A stretch of 31,937 nucleotides of DNA from Octopus sinensis (lineage: Eukaryota). The position numbers and the translations under genes were made by a program. The stretch spans positions 1 through 31,937 of the forward strand of contig NW_021832508.1 in the NCBI RefSeq assembly GCF_006345805.1, read 5' to 3'. This document shows positions 10,341 through 21,485 of the stretch, in pieces; position 1 is the first letter of the stretch; each line of letters begins with the position of its first letter. Under the pieces are notes generated by a model. That model did not search any database. It saw only the letters and a program-made list of their open reading frames with translations, and was not told the DNA's origin.

Positions 10341-10694
10341 CCACGTTTCCATATTACATGCATGTCTTACAACTTGTAATGTGGAAACGTTGGCTTTTAC
10401 AAACCATCACGAAGATGCTATAACACACACAGATATCAAGATTAAATAACTTTAACTAAAAATAACTTTGTATCATGGGTCTAACGCACATTCACAATTC
10501 GTAGCCTGCTAAAAATATATTCCATAGTACACACTACACTATATATATATAAATATATGTGTGTGTTTGCGCGCGTGTGCGTGTGTGTATGTATTACACA
10601 CAATATATTTATATATATATGTGATCTCTTGAGCACCACCAGCAAAAAATTTTTTTCCTCTGTCTTCCCTTCTCGGGAATTTTCCTTCTCCTTT

Positions 10695-10729
10695 GTTTCC
10701 GACGAAGAGCTCCGCTCGAAACGTTAAAC
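10695..10729 (+). ncRNA. Minimal type I hammerhead ribozyme motif (U4C variant) in a ~200-bp pyrimidine-rich repeat (~10620-10830)
   Basis: GTTT-CCGACGA-A-GAGC-TCC-GCTC-GAAA-CG-TT|AAAC. Stem I is 4 bp, stem II is 4 bp, and stem III is the palindrome ACGT. Confidence 0.7.
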
Positions 10730-10858
10730 CCTCCTTCCCTTCTTTCCTGAGCGTCAAATAATACTTTATTTGTTCCACGTCCTCGCGTTGCTGTGTTTTT
10801 TTCTGTGTTTTCTTGTTTGGATTAACTTTATATATATATACATATATATATATATATA

Positions 10859-10889
<31 letters not shown>

Positions 10890-11353
10890 ATATATGTATA
10901 TATATATATTTATATATATGGACATTTCACCTAATCATGGTATATATAGTGGGATTCGATTACGTAGGTGAAAAACTCTCAATAAAAGATTAAATGTCGA
11001 AATAACAACAAGAGCACTCAGAAAGCGCAAACCTCCACCAAGGCAACACCAACATCCTCTCAACGATTAACCAGAGATGATTTTTAAAATGAGAATATCT
11101 GAAATGAACTCGACTGCTCTCACAAACGAGAGTTCTAAAAATGAATCCGACCGTTCTCAAAAATTAAAAAAAAAATAAAAAAATAAAAAGGAGAAAATAA
11201 TCCAGAATCCTTGTTCGGCACCGGATCGATCTCAAAATCTAATATACACCCACATACATACATACATACATACATACATACATACATACATACATACATA
11301 CATAAACATACACACACACACAATAACTATATATATATATATCATATATTAAT

Positions 11354-11413
<60 letters not shown>

Positions 11414-11416
<3 letters not shown>

Positions 11417-11784
11417 TTATAATAAAAGTGAAGTTGTGTGTCTGTCTCCTATGATTTAGATTCCTAACTACTCCCACATTTTGCGGTGCAGTTTAACCAA
11501 AACCGGGTATCTTATAGTCGTGATCATATCGAGCCCTTCTGGTATTAGCGCGCGTCTACGATGAGTCTACGATTTAAAAAATAATTTACCATCATTTTTT
11601 CCATTTCAATGCATTTTTTCGCTATTATATAAGGGAAGTAACTCTCGAAAAATGTCTACGATGAGTCAACGATTAAAAAAAAAAATTTACCATAATTTTT
11701 TTGCTAATTTTGGGCTATAACTCTCTAAAAATGCTTTATAGTTATTTCCCTTACAAACCCGAGCAACGCCGGGCGATACTGCTA

Positions 11785-11785
<1 letters not shown>
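11414..11785 (+). mobile_element. Non-autonomous Helitron (372 bp)
   Basis: It begins TC after a host A and ends CTAG before a host T. A subterminal hairpin CCCGAGCAACGCCGGG lies at 11758-11773, TGTGTCTGTC lies near the 5' end, and there is no TSD. Confidence 0.8.
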
Positions 11786-11828
<43 letters not shown>

Positions 11829-11844
11829 GTGAGTGTATATATTT

Positions 11845-12052
11845 GTGTGTCTGTGTTTGTCTCCCCAACATAACTTGACAACCGATGCTGGTGTGTTTAC
11901 GTACCCGTAACTTAGCGGTTCGGTAAAAGAGACCGATAGAATAAGTACTAAGCTTACAAAGAATAAGTCCTGGGGTCGATTTGCTCGACTAAGGGCGGTG
12001 CTCCAGCATGGCCGCAGTCAAAATGACTGAAGCAAGTAAAAGAGTAAAGAGT
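11845..12052 (+). mobile_element. SINE family B tail module
   Basis: CTTGACAACCGATGCTGGTGTGTTTACG...GGCGGTGCTCCAGCATGGCCGCAGTC...GTAAAAGAG. Confidence 0.85.
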
Positions 12053-12324
12053 AGTCTTGCGTGCGTAGTCAGAAAAAAAAACACAGGAATAATGATTATA
12101 TCTACAATAGATTGACAAGAATTTAGCATAGAACAATTATATTTTCTCCACTAGCACAAGGAAGATGGCCTAACGTCTCTGTATTATAGGTGTATGATGT
12201 TCAGGTAGAGGTATAATGCGTTTAGAAAACTATTATGAAGTATCCATAAAAGCACATATATCTAGTAAAGGAAACAGGAAAATCTGCACAAGCGCCTTCA
12301 CTAGTCAGTTAAGGTGAGACAGTG

Positions 12325-12650
12325 CCACGTGACAACTTGCTGGGGCTGCCTGCTGGAGCCTAGCGGCAGGTATTTAAAGGGAAAAATTTGACAAGTCAGT
12401 CAGTCACCAGCTGACACTCGCTGAAGATACATCGAAGAGGCCAGGGAACAGAAGAAAGAAGAAGAAAGAAGACATGCACCCAACACCAGAGCTGAAGACA
12501 CCTCCGAAAGACGGGGGGGGGGGCGCCACGTCAAAACGGTAGAGGAGTAGGGGCCGAAACTGGACGTGGTTCCTCCTGATGATGTCTTGAGCTAACTGGA
12601 TCCTATAAAGGAGCTGTTGTGGTAGCAGACCACGAAGCACGGTTGTAATT
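12325..12650 (+). mobile_element. Possible LTR- or pLTR-like remnant
   Basis: GC-richer island with TATTTAAAGG followed by CAGTCAGTC, a purine run, and scattered CTGAAGA/CTGATGA/GAAAC words. No terminal repeats were found. Confidence 0.25.
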
Positions 12651-13060
12651 CCTCAAGAACAAAATCAAGCCAAAGATTACTTTCTGTCTCTTACTGAATT
12701 CAAGAAAAAGAACATAGAGACTGGAATGAGAAATAGCTTTGATTGGAAAGAAACATCATCAATAAATGAGAAGTAGTTAAAAATGAAACTAAAATGGAGT
12801 ATAGAATAGCATGTTAAAGCGATGGCAAGGAAAGGAAGATCAAAGCTAAAACGCCGGATGTTGTTAAGGAGTTACAAAGGAAGACATGCCTCTAAAATCG
12901 AAATAAGAGCAGCAGCAGATGATAATTTATCTATTAAGGAAATTGAAAAATTCTCTAAAGATCTGAAAAAGAGATAAAACTGAAAACTGAAGCACTTCAT
13001 ATAATAATGCGTGCCTTGGGAATGATATAAAATACAGGTCAATGCTATCACCATCACATA

Positions 13061-13212
13061 TATACGACGGGCTTCTTTCAGTTTCCGTCTACCAATTCCA
13101 CTCACAAGGCTTAGGTCGGCCCGGGGCTATAGTAGAAGATACTTCTCCGTGGGACTGAACCCGGAACCATGTGGCTGGTAAGCAAGCTACTTACCACACA
13201 GCCACTCTGCGC
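13061..13212 (-). mobile_element. SINE family B head
   Basis: TATACGACGGGCTTCTTTCAGTTTCCGTCTACC...GGGACTGAACCCGGAACCATGTGG...AAGCTACTTACCACACAGCCACTC. Confidence 0.85.
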
Positions 13213-13309
13213 AGTCTTTTGAACTTCCAGAATGACCGCGGTTAATTTTGTAATGCTATCGGTCAATCAGCTCTGACCTGAGGTCAACAAAGAAAGCAGC
13301 AGCATCATT

Positions 13310-13389
13310 ACCAGTCCCCACCGCCAAAAAAAAAGTCACCACCGCCACCACCTTCACTACCACCGTCTCCATGACCGCTACCATCAACC

Positions 13390-13420
<31 letters not shown>

Positions 13421-13545
13421 TAACCACCTCGAAGGTCAATGCTACCACCATCACCGTTAGAACCACCACAATTACAATAACCACCCCACCACCACCAACC
13501 ACCAAAACGACAAGCAATAATGACAGCAATAATAAAAAGAATGAA
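13310..13545. repeat. (CAC/CAA)n-rich low-complexity tract
   Basis: Directly visible. Confidence 0.85.
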
Positions 13546-14020
13546 CAACAAAAGGTCACAGTGGCAACAAACGACTTCAAAATGGTCACCGTTTATAGTA
13601 AACTGATCAAAATGGCGGCTGTTCTCCACGTCACAGTAAAAGTGTTACGGTGAGATAAAACTGTTTTGGCGCGTTTGTTAAGCTAACACGTTGGAGAGTT
13701 ATTTATGGCTTGTTTAGTCTGCAATAGCAAAGCAGACATCTGGATAGATTGCACATGAAATACGCACTTATACATATTTACACACAAATATACTTGCACA
13801 AGCACGCGCGCGCATGCATGCATTTATTTATATATCTATATGTTTATAAACATATGGAGTCATATACATCCAGTCGATACGTTCATGTACTTATAGACAT
13901 TTACATTAAAAAAATATGATAGTTATAACTTTTGCTTTTTGGCTGGTTTTGTTTTTTTATTGCATACAATAAAAATAAACGTGTCAAGTTTAATATATTC
14001 AATGGTTTCACACAAATTTG

Positions 14021-14432
14021 GGATCTTTTCAGTTTGAACGGCAGTTTTTTCTAGCGGTGTCATATGAAATTGTCACCCATAATTATGACCCTACTATCGA
14101 TCTATGACATTTCAATCTATTTTAGGGTTAGGGTTAGGGTTAGTTAGGGTTAGGGTTAGGGGTGGGGGGAAGGGTATCTTTTTTTCTTCACAAATGTAAA
14201 TAAACCCAATCTGTTTCTTAAACGAGGGACATATTCATACGGCACAGATTGATTGGTTGAAATTGCAGAAATTGAAAAAAAAAAAACAAATATCTTACAA
14301 ACTATAGAATTTTCCCAATAAAGCCAAGAGTAAAAGATGTTTTATAAACACATTCTACCAGTATACGAAGTTTCAAATTTTATAGTTACCTTGAAATTAT
14401 GTTAAAAATTGCCGTTCAAACCGAAAAGATCC
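14021..14432. mobile_element. MITE copy 2: same TIR, 8-bp TSD CAAATTTG, internal (TTAGGG)n
   Basis: TIRs at 14021-14042 and 14411-14432; TSD at 14013-14020 and 14433-14440; TTAGGG tract at about 14122-14160. Confidence 0.92.
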
Positions 14433-14786
14433 CAAATTTGTAGAGAGCTAATTTCATAAATGAGTATAACTGATAGAACTCACATGAGTCTAGGTTTAAG
14501 CAATTTCCATATTTCCTGGTTCATAAGAGGCTGCAAATGATACGATGTGTTCTATAATCAGGAAATTTTATTTAGGAAAAAAGAGTTTTTGAAGATTTAA
14601 TAAAATAAACATACATTATTTTTGTATAAGAATTTTAATTATAATTTTAATTATTGCGCATTGAAAATATTTAGTACATTTCTACCAGATATGCTCTCTT
14701 CGAACAATCCAAAGAGACGTTTACATTCCATGGTGCCGCGTTGGCATTCAGTTATTACCAATTATGACTACTTTACGTTCATATTC

Positions 14787-15180
14787 TGTCAATGTTCATT
14801 ATAAGAAACAGGTTAGCTGGACACCCACCGCCCCATTATATTCAGAGAGAGAGAGAGGGGGGAGAGAGGGAGAGAGAGAGAGGGGGAGAGAGAGGGAGAG
14901 AAAGGAGGGAGAGAGACCGACAGATACGGGGAGTGTGTTTTTAGGAGATAGAGAGAAATGAAAAAAAGCAAAATGTTCCCTCACTGGAGTCGATGTGTCA
15001 ATCTTCATTATAAGAAACAGGTTAGCTGGACACCCACCGCCCCATTATATTCAGAGAGAGAGGGGGGAGAGAGGGGGAGAAAGGGGGAGAGAGAGAGAGA
15101 CCGACAGATACGGGGAGTGTGTTTTAGGGAGATAGAGAGAAATGAAAAAAAGCAAAATGTTCCCTCACTGGGGTCGATGT
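14787..15180. repeat. Two-copy tandem duplication, period ~209 bp, containing (GA)n
   Basis: TGTCAAT(G/C)TTCATTATAAGAAACAGGTTAGCTGGACACCCACCGCCCCATTATATTCAG starts at 14787 and 14996. Confidence 0.9.
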
Positions 15181-15237
15181 GATTAACTAGCACCCGCGCC
15201 CACCCCGAATTTCAGTCCTTGTGCGTACAAGAAAAAG

Positions 15238-16231
15238 CCTGGTCCTTAAGGTTATCTTCAATACTATAAAGAACCAAATTGATCTCAACAACAATGAGAA
15301 AAAACCGTTGAAAGTACCAACTAGAGATTTCATTACCTTCATGCGCTCAGGTCAGTGGATCTGTTTCAAGAAGAAATTTCCTGTGAGAGATGAAAGTGGA
15401 GCGGCTGTTGGGAGGTGACTGCAGATTAACCAGGGTGCCAGGGACTCTTTCCCTTCCCAGTTACGAAAAAACCGGATATTTTAATGTGGTGTGAAGGAAA
15501 GAAAGTTGTAAATTTAGTCGATGATTTTTTATTAACCATAAAAGGTCTTACATAGAGGGGACACTACAACACATTGGGGACACAAAACGTCAAAAAAAAA
15601 TTATCGTATGATAAAATGAGAGAAAGGGTGAAAATGAAAGATGAAATTGATGTTAACTGCTCCATCAGTCAACATCTCTTACTTGTCCTTTTTTTTCCTC
15701 TTTTACCTCGAAAATCACAAAGTCTACAAATTTAACCTCATATATTTCTTCTAGTTTATTCCTCTTTCCCGGTTCCAATGTTCTTCTTATTAATGTATAT
15801 TCATCCTCAAGTTCCTTTTCAAGTTCCTCAACCTGACTTTTTGACACTACTATAATCATTTTCTGATGCCAGCCATCTGGCATTTCTATCTTTCCCCATA
15901 TTTTCAATCTTTCATATAAATGTTTGAAAATCTAGTCGAGTTAACGGTTCCTCATGAAGATAACATGGACGCCGCTCGGGCTCGAAAGATTGACCGTTAT
16001 GTAAACCTCCTCGAGAAATGTGAAGACATAGGCTGGAAAGCGGAGTATTTTCCAATCCAAGTCGGATGTAGAGGGTTTGTTGGACGTAGAGTGAGACGAC
16101 TGCTGTTATCGTTAGGCCTAACTCATCGTAAGGAAAATACCACCCTGACCAATATCCCAACTACAGTGGAGAGGGCTAACCACTGGATTTGGTTGAAAAG
16201 AGACGATGAGCGATGGCTAGAGAAATATTGA
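15238..16231 (+). pseudogene. 3' fragment of an RLE-type non-LTR retrotransposon (HERO/NeSL-like), split by a 406-bp insertion
   Basis: LVLKVIFNTIKNQI..ITFMRSG, then WEVTAD..KKPDILMW..KKVVNLVE, interrupted at 15521 and resuming NLVELTVPHEDNMDAARARKIDRY..FPIQVGCRGF..HWIWLKR. This gives the PD..E..K endonuclease motif; ELTVP is HERO-like from recall. Confidence 0.8.
15522..15927 (-). mobile_element. 5'-truncated retroposed insert with a 12-bp TSD, an unidentified open frame and AATAAA
   Basis: Flanked by AAAT(T/C)TAGTCGA at 15510-15521 and 15928-15939. The frame is open from the junction to a stop at 15665. A 3' UTR follows, then AATAAAAAATCA. Confidence 0.75.
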
Positions 16232-16774
16232 GCGATATCTAATAACTAGTTGATCTAGCAAGCGGGGCCTCATAACAGTGAGGAGGACCAGTGCGCATTG
16301 ATGCTGTCGAGAAGTAGGCCCCGAAACGGCGCGCATTCTCTCCGGATAACCCATACACTTGCTGGTTTCCGGTATGCGGAGTTCTCGACTGGTAGCACTT
16401 GCTTGTGAAAGATGTTTGCAAGACAATCAGATATTGAAATCAACCGTATTTGACCAGTTCTGTTTTTTTCATCATTTATATTTTATTAATAATTCTACTC
16501 AACCCATTACTACAAATTTTCCCGTTTTGAATATCTGTAACATGTATTGTAAATATGACTATTCTTTAATTTCGCCGGTTCGTTGGACAGAATGATTTGT
16601 TATTCTGTTTGACACACTGGGTTGACGCTGAGGAGACCCAGAAGAATAGTCAACAAGATTATCCCTAAATAAATTATTAAACGGTATCATTGTATCAAAT
16701 ACATTTCTCTTGTTCGTGTGATATTATATATACACACATACACATGCACATATATATATATATATATAATATAT

Positions 16775-16838
<64 letters not shown>

Positions 16839-16850
16839 CTGTATGTATGT

Positions 16851-17185
16851 GAAGGCGCATGGCTCAGTGGTTAGACCGTCGAACTTACGACCGTGAGGTG
16901 TGAGTTCGAATACCGGACCGGGCTGCGTGTTGTGTTCTTGAGCAAGACACTTCATTTCACGTTGCTCCAGTTCACTCATCTGTAGAAATGAGTTGCGACG
17001 TCACAGGTGCCAAGCTGTATCGGCCCCTTTGCCTTTCCCTTGGATAACATCGGTGTCGTGAAGAGGGGAGGCTGGTATGCATGGGCGACTGCTGGTCTTC
17101 CATAAAAAACCTTGCCTGGACTTGTGCCTTGGAGGGTAACTTTCTAGGTGCAATCTCATGGTCATTCGTGACCGAAGCGGGTATC
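16851..17185 (+). mobile_element. Full-length tRNA-derived CORE-type SINE (family C)
   Basis: A-box TGGCTCAGTGG, B-box GAGTTCGAATAC, and CORE-like TTGTGTTCTTGAGCAAGACACTTCATTTCAC...CTGTAGAAATG. It is followed by (GATT)n. Confidence 0.85.
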
Positions 17186-17217
<32 letters not shown>

Positions 17218-17237
17218 CGATCGATTGATTGATTGAT

Positions 17238-17269
<32 letters not shown>

Positions 17270-17330
17270 GGATGGATGGATGGATGGGTTGGGTTGGGTG
17301 GGTGGGTGCATGTATGTATGTGCAGATTTT
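17186..17330. repeat. Graded tetranucleotide series (GATT)n-(GGAT)n-(GGTT)n-(GGGT)n-(ATGT)n
   Basis: Directly visible. Confidence 0.9.
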
Positions 17331-18017
17331 TATGTTTTATGTATGCATTCTCATGCATATAGTTATATACTTATATATATATATTTAAATGATAAACTTC
17401 TGGAAAGTTTTATAGATTTATACAGTTCCAGGGAGGGATTGGATCTGTAGTCTTCGAATTAGCTTTCTCCTTTCTGGTTTTGAGAAGCCTAATTTATCAA
17501 GATTGGGTATGTATGTACACACGAATATATGCATATGTATTGTAAAAACTGTTACTTGGTCAGCATTCAATAGACTGACAGGAACTAATAATTTTAGCAG
17601 AGTTAAATGCGATTTTTATATAGTGCAAAAAATGTGCAACACGCTACTTAGGTTTCGTCTCTAAATATCAAACTGCACTTAATCTGTTTTTACAGTGTTC
17701 CATTCAGAATGAATATGAGTCTCTCACCATTTCACCAGACACAACAAAACTGATTCCTTGTACATGTATTATGTGCATCAAAAGCTGAGTAACAATGAAG
17801 TGATTCAACACGTCATATATATATATATTATATTAAATTAGAGATAAAACCACTATTAGGCAAATCAAACAATGAAAAACATAAGCCAATACATACAATT
17901 AATTAATTTATATTATTTTAAATATATATCAAAAGTGTTAAAAGTTTAATAAAAGATAAAGAGTAAAACACTACGATTGTTTCATGGCTGTACAATTCGT
18001 AATAATTCGAGTTATGG

Positions 18018-18019
<2 letters not shown>

Positions 18020-18069
<50 letters not shown>

Positions 18070-18102
18070 GTACATACATATATATGAATAAATCGTGCTT
18101 TA

Positions 18103-18168
<66 letters not shown>

Positions 18169-18223
18169 GCCATCCATCCATCCATCCATCCATCCACCCA
18201 TCCATCCATCCATCCATCCATCC

Positions 18224-18291
<68 letters not shown>

Positions 18292-18300
18292 GTATATCTA
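18020..18300. repeat. (TACA)n and (TATC)n-(CATC)n-(TATC)n microsatellites
   Basis: Directly visible. Confidence 0.9.
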
Positions 18301-18538
18301 TCTGTATATCTGTCTATATGTATATATATATATTAAGTACGATTTATTCGCGATCAGAGTTGTTCGAAAACTAAGGTACAACTACATACATACATATACA
18401 TGTATGTTAGTATGTATGTATGTATGTATGTATTTATGTATGTATATCTAAATTCCTAAAATGTATTTCTCCATGTTGCAATGAAAAACTTGTGACAATA
18501 GTATTAAAATAGTATCATAAATTCCAGTCTTTGTACAT

Positions 18539-18579
<41 letters not shown>

Positions 18580-18970
18580 CATACATATACCTGTGTGTAG
18601 GTGTTGTCTGGGTGTGCGCGTGAGCGTTTGTGTTGTTTTGTGTAAATATGTAAATATATTTTATGCATATATATATGTATATATATATATGAGCATATAC
18701 ATTATATATATTTGTATAAGTGTGCGTCTGCATATATATATATATATATAATTATATATATAATATATTATATATATATATATATATCCATATGTGTGTG
18801 TTGTGGGTGTGTGTGTATTTATGCTCATACATATGTATATAAAACATGTATCATAAAGAAGTAAAAAGCGAAAAAGCATGCATAAAGTGACATATAGAAA
18901 CAGCTATTTGTTTGTTCTATCAATCATATATTCATTCTATGCTCACATTTATCAAATGTGACATCATCAC

Positions 18971-19082
18971 CTCAGAATATACGTCTTTCCTTAGGTCGGC
19001 CATTACCGGAAGTAGCCTATGAAAGACTTTGACCTATGAGCTCTCTGTTGCTTTACTTTGATGGACAACGTTTACTTCCGGT
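18971..19082 (-). promoter_or_regulatory. Possible promoter and short first coding exon (MADLRKDVYSE)
   Basis: Two inverted ETS-type CCGGAAGT sites (19006-19013 and 19074-19081). ATGGCC at 19003 gives 11 codons and then the donor GAG|GTGATG. No downstream exon was confirmed. Confidence 0.3.
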
Positions 19083-19194
19083 CGACTTCGGTGTGATTAA
19101 AACTAATCTTTGTTGTCATATTTGCTACATTGTCAAAAACTATTACTTTCTTGTGAAGTTTGAAAGGTTACTAACATTTACGGATCAGAATATA

Positions 19195-19235
<41 letters not shown>

Positions 19236-19904
19236 TATATATATATGTATATGTATATATATATTAAATATATATATATATTATATATATATATGTGCAT
19301 GTTTGTGTGTATATATGCATGAATGCATGCATATATTTTGTGCGTGACTTTATGTATGTATGACTTGTATATACTCGTATGTATGAAGTATGAATATAGT
19401 TCAGTGTGTATGAATGTGTGTGTGCACATGCGTGTATGAATGTATATATGTATATATGTGTGTGTATTATATATACATATTTAAATAATATATATAGTTA
19501 TCTATTATATATATTATATATCTATATAATAATATATATATATATATATTATATGCGTGTGTGTGTGTATGTGGTGTATATACATATATACGTGTATGTG
19601 TATATATATATATATATATATTTATTTACATACATATATGTATATATATGGACACACATATATATGCATATATATATACACATAAATGTACACAGGGTGC
19701 ACACATACATGTGTGCGTGTGCGTGTGCGTGTGTGTGTGCGTGTGTGTTTGTGTGTGTGTAATCTCCCTGTCTTCCTGTCTTTCATCTTTATATATTGTT
19801 ACGCCTAAGTCTCTCTGTTTCTCTCTTGTTTCGTCTGAAAACCAGATTCACAAACTTTTCCTTCTTTCTTCCCTTGCCACTGATCACCCATACAGTTCAC
19901 TAAT

Positions 19905-20748
19905 GTATGTATGATATGTATGTATGCATGTATGTATGTGTGTATGTATGTATGCATGTATGTGTGTATGCATGTATGTATGTATGCATGTATGTGTGTA
20001 TGCATGTATGTATGTGTGTGTGTGTATGTATGTATGTATGTATGTATATATCTATGTATGTGTGTATGTGTGTGTATGTAAGTATGTGTGTATGTGTGTA
20101 TGTGTGTATTATGTATTTATGTATTCGTGTATGTATGTGTGTATGTATGTATGTATGTATGTATGTATGTATGTATGTATGTATGTGTGTGAATGTATGT
20201 ATGTATGTGTGTATGTAAGTATGTATGTATGTATTATGTATTTATGTATGTATGCGTGTATGTATGTGTGTATGTATGTATTATGTATTTATGTATATAT
20301 GTGTGTATGTATGTGTGTATGTATGTGTGTGTGTATGTATGTATGTATGTATGTATGTATGTATGTATGTATGTATGTGTGTATGTATGTGTGTATGTAT
20401 GTATGTATGTATGTATGTATGCATGTATGTGTGTATGCATGTATGTATGTGTGTGTGTGTGTATGTATGTATGCATGTATGTATGTATGTATGTATATAT
20501 CTATGTATGTATGTATGTGTGTATGTATTATGTATGTATGTATTATGTATTTATGTATGTATGCGTGTATGTATGTGTGTATGTATGTATTATGTATTTA
20601 TGTATATATGTGTGTATGTATGTGTGTATGTATGTGTGTGTGTATGTATGTATGTATGTATGTATGTATGTATGTATGTGTGTATGTATGTGTGTATGTA
20701 TGTATGTATGTATGTATGTATGCATGTATGTGTGTATGCATGTATGTA

Positions 20749-20779
<31 letters not shown>

Positions 20780-21485
20780 ATGTATGTATGTATGTATATA
20801 TCTATGTATGTATGTATGTGTGTATGTAAGTATCGATGTATGTATTATGTATTTATTATGTATGCGTGATGTATGTGTGTATGTATGTATATGATTATGT
20901 ATATGTGTGTATGTATGTGTGTATGTATGGGTGTGTGTATGTATGTATGTATGTATGATGTATTGTTGTGTATGTATGTGTGCATGGTGTATGTATGTTG
21001 TATGTATGTATGTGTGTGAATGTATGTATGTATGTTGTATTTAAGTATGTATGTATGTATTATGTATTTATGTATGTATGCGTTGTATGTATGTGTGTAT
21101 GTATGTATTAGTATTTATGTTATATATGTGTGATGAGTGTGTGTATGTATGTGTGTGGTGTGTATGTATGTATGTATGTATGTATGTATGATGTATGTAT
21201 GTGTGTATGTATGTGGTATGTATGTATGTATGTATGTATGTATGCTGTATGTGTGTATGGCATGTATGTATGTGTGTGTGTGTGTATGTAGTATGTATGT
21301 ATGTATATATTATGTATGTATGTATGTGTGATGTAAGTATGTATGTATGTATGTATTATGTATTTATGTATGTATGCGTGTATGTATGTGTGTATGTATT
21401 TATGTATGTATGTATGTGTGTATGTATGTGTGTATGTGTGTATGTATGTATGTATGTATGTATGTGTGTGTGTATGTGTGTGTGA
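19905..21485. repeat. ~1.6-kb (TATG/TG)n satellite with higher-order structure
   Basis: The marker GTATTATGTATTTA recurs at about 20106, 20231, 20540, 20842, 21057 and 21353; the spacing from 20231 to 20540 is 309 bp. Confidence 0.9.

Noticed and set aside
12490-12640. CTGAAGA/CTGATGA words as complete hammerheads
   Set aside because: The downstream cores read GCCACGTC or GAAGCACGG rather than GAAAC, and stem I does not close.
14122-14160. TTAGGG tract as a true telomere or fusion scar
   Set aside because: It is short and internal to a TIR/TSD-bounded MITE.
16851-16915. tRNA gene
   Set aside because: The A/B boxes continue into a CORE-like SINE body with no closed cloverleaf; the same applies to the other SINE heads.
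17694-17790. Candidate exons on either strand
   Set aside because: The frames hit stops or give no recognisable peptide, and they cannot be linked to other exons.
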